The position numbers were made by a program, and so were the translations under genes. Of a stretch of 64,000 bases of DNA, positions 60,383-64,000 are shown piece after piece (the first letter of the stretch is position 1; every line of letters begins with the position of its first letter). The DNA comes from Methanolinea sp. UBA275 (GTDB taxonomy: Archaea; Halobacteriota; Methanomicrobia; Methanomicrobiales; Methanospirillaceae). Below the pieces are notes generated by a model that saw only the letters and a list, made by a program, of their open reading frames with translations, had not been told where the DNA came from and did not search any database. The stretch lies in assembly GCA_002506105.1 (NCBI GenBank), contig DAWU01000015.1, forward strand, positions 11,087-75,086, given 5' to 3'.

Positions 60383-60808
60383 TCATTCCCCCACGTCCCC
60401 TTTCCGGAAGAGATACAGCTGGAACCCTTTGGCCGAGATACCCATCAACAGGATAAGGAGCACCGAGAGCGTCTTTCCGTCAGGCGACCAGATCTGGAGA
60501 TAATCTGCCCAGAATATTCCGAAAAGGACGAGAAACGTCAGGAACCAGGACCATGAGAGCCCGTATGCCCCGATCTTCTTTGTCCTCTCATCCTGCATAT
60601 AGTTCTTCTCTCCTGTCAAGAGACGAAGGCCTGACAGGATCGTCAGCACGAAACCGGCACTAATGAACGCGGAGGCAAAGCCCGGGGATGTTCCCTCCTG
60701 TGAGAGGATCATATCGTACATCCCGGCTCCAATCATGAGAATCCCGAACACGAACATGACCGTGATCCAGGCCCTTGATTTAAAGACAGATGGTTTTTTC
60801 ATGGTCAT
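60383..60808 (-). CDS. Small four-TM membrane protein (DUF2178-like partner of XRE regulators)
   Basis: 141-aa ORF with four hydrophobic segments, 16 nt upstream of the XRE gene on the same strand. Confidence 0.6.
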   Translation of the reverse strand: MTMKKPSVFKSRAWITVMFVFGILMIGAGMYDMILSQEGTSPGFASAFISAGFVLTILSGLRLLTGEKNYMQDERTKKIGAYGLSWSWFLTFLVLFGIFWADYLQIWSPDGKTLSVLLILLMGISAKGFQLYLFRKGDVGE

Positions 60809-60847
60809 CTCTTCACCTATGTTATTTATTTCTAACTTGTATGAGAA

Positions 60848-61432
60848 ATGTATAACAATATGTTATTTAAAACTAACCCTGCCAACACATTTACATGGTT
60901 CTCATCACATTGCTCGATCTTCCCTGAAGATATAGTAAGAGCGTTCCGGGAGTACGAAAGAGAATCATTCGGAACTACCAGGGAACAGGGGAAATGGGAC
61001 AACAATATTATGGCTGTATACTCCATCTCTCCACACATGCCACAGGGGCCCTGCTTCAATCAGGTATGGTCAGATATCCTTCTCAAGAATGTTACTCCGC
61101 GGCAGGCAGAGAACCGGATAAAAAAGGAATGTGATGAGTGGTACCCCCTCATTCCCGGGTTCGTCTTCCGAGATGTCCAGGTCCTGTTAAAAAGGCCAAT
61201 GATTCTCGGGATCGATGAAAAGGCAGGCAGGATCCTGCTGCCGTTTACAAAACCCTGCTTCGGCACCTCGCTCTATTGTATCTCCTCTGACAAGGATGAA
61301 ATAGCCCGCCTTCGGAGAGATTTCGCACGCAATGAAACCCCAACAGCAGTGAAACGAAAAAATGATCTACCTGGGGAGATCGAAAAACCGGAAAAGCCTC
61401 ACAGATCCTGCGATCCCCACAATGATGAGTGA
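60848..61432 (+). CDS. Hypothetical protein (no recognisable family)
   Basis: 194-aa ORF with protein-like composition, downstream of an AT-rich divergent promoter region. Its 3' end overlaps the convergent PEGA gene by 66 nt. Confidence 0.45.
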   Translation: MYNNMLFKTNPANTFTWFSSHCSIFPEDIVRAFREYERESFGTTREQGKWDNNIMAVYSISPHMPQGPCFNQVWSDILLKNVTPRQAENRIKKECDEWYPLIPGFVFRDVQVLLKRPMILGIDEKAGRILLPFTKPCFGTSLYCISSDKDEIARLRRDFARNETPTAVKRKNDLPGEIEKPEKPHRSCDPHNDE

Positions 61433-62485
61433 TATCAGCACCAGGAAGGGGCTGATCGGTGCCTTTGTCGTAGGCACCGGGGTTGCAACAGGAGAGAGAG
61501 CAGCGATCACGTGAATGCTCTGTCCGGGGATTACCTGGCCGGATGATGAGAATGAGCTGTATCCTGGCATCCTGATCTCGACAGTATAGGTTCCCTCCTG
61601 GACATCATGGAAGGTGAGGGGGGAGATGCCCATGTAGACATTATTCACGAACACATCAGCACCTCCCGGTGTTGAAGTGATATCAACGCTCGCCGCAGTG
61701 AGAGCTGCCGGCTGGAGCGATGCAAAGACCCGTTCTTTTCCCCCGGCACCAATATTGATTCTTGTGGTATAATCCATGAATCCAGGTTTCTTGACGGTCA
61801 CGTCATGTGTGCCGGGAACAATATCGTTGATGTCCAGGAGATCATCGGATGGTGTTGATCCACAATAATCGCCATCCACATAGACTGAAGCCCCCGAGGG
61901 TGTTGACGATACAAGGAGATCGCCATGAGCGGGGGCGGATTCTTCAATAAGGATTGCTGTAACTGGCAGGATCTCTCCCGACTTTACGGTAACCGTGTCA
62001 TGCCATATCTCGTACCCTGCCTCTGTTATCTTCACCGTATGCGGGCCGGCAGCAAGGTTTCCCACAATCTGGTTCGTCTTACCCATATAGAGATCATCGA
62101 CATAGAGTCCAGCTCCCTTTGGTGTTGAACTCACAGAGAGCCCCCCGGGACTCGTAACAGGGAGGAGGCTCGCAAAGACATTCTGGGTGGTGCCTGTAGT
62201 CACTTTCACGGTTGTTGTGTAAGGCTGGAATCCCTGCAGCGCGATCACCACCTTGTGGGAACCAGGCTCAACACCCTTGAACGTCCCCGGAGTGAACAAC
62301 TGGGCCTGCCCTCCATCAAGGGTTGCTGAAGCCCCGGCCGGGGTCGACGCAATGTAAATGCTGCCGGTTGTATACACCCCGGATGGCCCTCCGGCACCGG
62401 CCTGCATGGTCATCTCAGCTGTGGATATTCCTGCCATGAGCATTATGAGAATAACAATCATGGGGATTGCCTTGTGCTTCTGCAT
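61367..62485 (-). CDS. PEGA-domain cell-surface protein with C-terminal TM anchor
   Basis: The start is set at ATG 62485. It has a signal peptide and four repeats of the PEGA type (STPAGASATLDG, STPKGAGLYVDD, STPSGASVYVDG, STPGGADVFVNN). The anchor is FLVLISLIIVGIAGSV. Confidence 0.8.
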   Translation of the reverse strand: MQKHKAIPMIVILIMLMAGISTAEMTMQAGAGGPSGVYTTGSIYIASTPAGASATLDGGQAQLFTPGTFKGVEPGSHKVVIALQGFQPYTTTVKVTTGTTQNVFASLLPVTSPGGLSVSSTPKGAGLYVDDLYMGKTNQIVGNLAAGPHTVKITEAGYEIWHDTVTVKSGEILPVTAILIEESAPAHGDLLVSSTPSGASVYVDGDYCGSTPSDDLLDINDIVPGTHDVTVKKPGFMDYTTRINIGAGGKERVFASLQPAALTAASVDITSTPGGADVFVNNVYMGISPLTFHDVQEGTYTVEIRMPGYSSFSSSGQVIPGQSIHVIAALSPVATPVPTTKAPISPFLVLISLIIVGIAGSVRLFRFFDLPR

Positions 62486-62641
62486 TGTTTGATCACGTCC
62501 TACCAGATGATCTTTCAGCATGGATAAAAAACCAGCAGGTAGGTATACCCTTCCCTGGAGTATATCTGCATTCACGCACAAGGGATATGGATATGATTGG
62601 GTTTGGAACCTGCTCCATACCAGGATACCGGGGAGAATTAC

Positions 62642-62881
62642 ATGAAGAGATCGTCAACATATCATTCATATCTGTCTGAAAAGGTCTGCCAGGACGGCCG
62701 CCAGCGCAGCGGGATATTTCCGGGAGCAACGGTGAAAATAGTGAGGAAGATGGACCAGGGCACGGGGACCACGACTGAGGGCAGGGTGAAGGAGATACTC
62801 ACCAGATCGTCCTTTCATCCGCATGGTATCAAGGTGCGCCTTGAGGATGGAAGTGTAGGGCGGGTCTGTGAAGTTCTCTGA
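62642..62881 (+). CDS. YwbE-family small protein (DUF2196)
   Basis: 79-aa product. GATVKIVRKMDQGTGTTTEGRVKEILTRSSFHPHGIKVRLEDGSVGRV matches my memory of B. subtilis YwbE. Confidence 0.8.
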   Translation: MKRSSTYHSYLSEKVCQDGRQRSGIFPGATVKIVRKMDQGTGTTTEGRVKEILTRSSFHPHGIKVRLEDGSVGRVCEVL

Positions 62882-62901
62882 TCAGTCCAAAATCCCCCTG
62901 C

Positions 62902-63726
62902 TCAATACCCCGTCGCATAATACCACCCCTCCTCCTCTCTTACCTTCACCGGGACATTGAACAAACGGCCTATGTGTGTATTGTTCAATACCTCTTCCTT
63001 CGGCCCGTCAACGATAAATTTTCCACCTTTCATCAGGATGATCCTGGAGATCTCGGGGATAATATCGTGGAGGTTGTGCGTTGCCATGATGATTCCAACA
63101 CCCGACTGTGCGATTGATCTCAAACATTCCCTGAATGTGTGAAGGGCATGCAGGTCAAGGCTGTTGGTGGGCTCATCAAGGATGAGTGATTTCGGATCGT
63201 GGACGAGAGCTCGTCCGATGAGGAACCGCCGGGCCTCCCCGGAGGACATGCTATCCATGGTCCTCGATTCGAGGTGCCCGATCTCAAGGAGGCGGATGAT
63301 AGTGTCAGCCTTCTCCCCCATCTGCGGAGTGATCCGGTGATTGAATAGACCGATGCTCGAGAAGAATCCGGATAAAATGACATCCCTTCCCGTGACACTT
63401 CGTGTATACGTGTACTGGAGATCAGGAGATACAATGCCGAAGAAGGACCTGAGATCGAAGACATCCCATATGTCTTTTCCACGGATCCGGAAGATTACCC
63501 CGTCATTCTCCCAAGAGACCGGATAGAATTCCCTGTTCACCGTCCGGATAAAGGAGGATTTCCCGGAGCCGTTTGGACCCAGAATTGCGACGTGCTCACC
63601 TTCACGAATCGTGACAGTGATCCGGTCAAGAAGTGTCTTGTTCTCTCTCATCACGGTGATATTGGCAAATTCGAGAAGCGGGGGAACTGAATCGCGGGGA
63701 TATGGTGCATTATCGGGGAGTTTCAT
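62902..63726 (-). CDS. ABC transporter ATP-binding protein (orphan, ModF/YlmA-like)
   Basis: 274-aa ORF with Walker A GPNGSGKSS, signature-like MSSGEARR and Walker B LILDEPTNSLD. No permease gene is adjacent. Confidence 0.85.
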   Translation of the reverse strand: MKLPDNAPYPRDSVPPLLEFANITVMRENKTLLDRITVTIREGEHVAILGPNGSGKSSFIRTVNREFYPVSWENDGVIFRIRGKDIWDVFDLRSFFGIVSPDLQYTYTRSVTGRDVILSGFFSSIGLFNHRITPQMGEKADTIIRLLEIGHLESRTMDSMSSGEARRFLIGRALVHDPKSLILDEPTNSLDLHALHTFRECLRSIAQSGVGIIMATHNLHDIIPEISRIILMKGGKFIVDGPKEEVLNNTHIGRLFNVPVKVREEEGWYYATGY

Positions 63727-63849
63727 GAAAGATCCACAGGTCTTACGCGAGGAGATACTTGCATCGGCGGACTGACAAAGATACAGGAATTGATTGTTTG
63801 TCTTACCATATAGGGTACAGGCAATGAAAAAAAAGATGATGGGATCAGG

Positions 63850-63999
63850 TTACTCATGATGAGGCTTGTTTGACCATAAACCGTGGAGATTGCAGAAAGC
63901 CCTGACCTTGACATCTCCTGAAGAGACAGGAAACACTGCTTCGGGTTTCTTCCCCGGTTCCAGGCCTTTGACGTAGAGCGAATTCCCTGAGATAACCTC
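63850..63999 (-). CDS. Superoxide reductase (neelaredoxin/desulfoferrodoxin family), 3' fragment; 5' end lies outside the window
   Basis: The reverse-strand frame reads ...EVISGNSLYVKGLEPGKKPEAVFPVSSGDVKVRAFCNLHGLWSNKPHHE*. CNLHGLW is the SOR iron-ligand motif. This fragment is not in the ORF track because it is truncated. Confidence 0.7.
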   Translation of the reverse strand, partial: EVISGNSLYVKGLEPGKKPEAVFPVSSGDVKVRAFCNLHGLWSNKPHHE

Positions 64000-64000
64000 G

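Overview
Dense, almost fully coding 64-kb stretch of an archaeal chromosome. Gene content points to a methanogenic euryarchaeon, probably Methanomicrobiales-like: PolD small subunit, Orc1/Cdc6, Hel308, KEOPS Cgi121, archaeal-type riboflavin synthase, CofH-type radical SAM enzymes, MEDS sensor and iron-sulfur flavoproteins. The taxon call is inference. I support about 70 CDS. They are mostly housekeeping: thiC, pdxST, cbiB, purA, purE, moaB, ribC/ribH, a complete trpEGDCFBA operon plus a separate trpB2, hppA, corA, a MacB-type ABC cassette and several aminotransferases. A textbook replication origin lies next to orc1/cdc6 (23.7-24.5 kb), with four ORB repeats around an AT-rich unwinding region. 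I recognised no CRISPR array, transposase, integrase, prophage, tRNA or rRNA, though my by-eye RNA detection is weak. There is no obvious defence island. The most system-like unexplained locus is at 38.4-41.9 kb. It has a stand-alone condensation-domain-like protein divergent from a metallo-beta-lactamase fused to a degenerate histidine-kinase-like domain, followed by a STAS (anti-sigma-antagonist-like) protein. Other points worth follow-up are listed here. (1) The trpC/trpF junction has an in-phase A AAA AAA slippery run and no canonical trpF start. (2) A shared CAACAATGTA-TATA-CAACAATGTA element lies upstream of both trpE and trpB2. (3) bcp peroxiredoxin carries a frameshift. (4) The trpE 5' leader is odd. 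(5) Two CofH-like radical SAM paralogues bracket DUF1805 and TrmO-like genes. All function calls rest on motifs and remembered family signatures, not on database searches.
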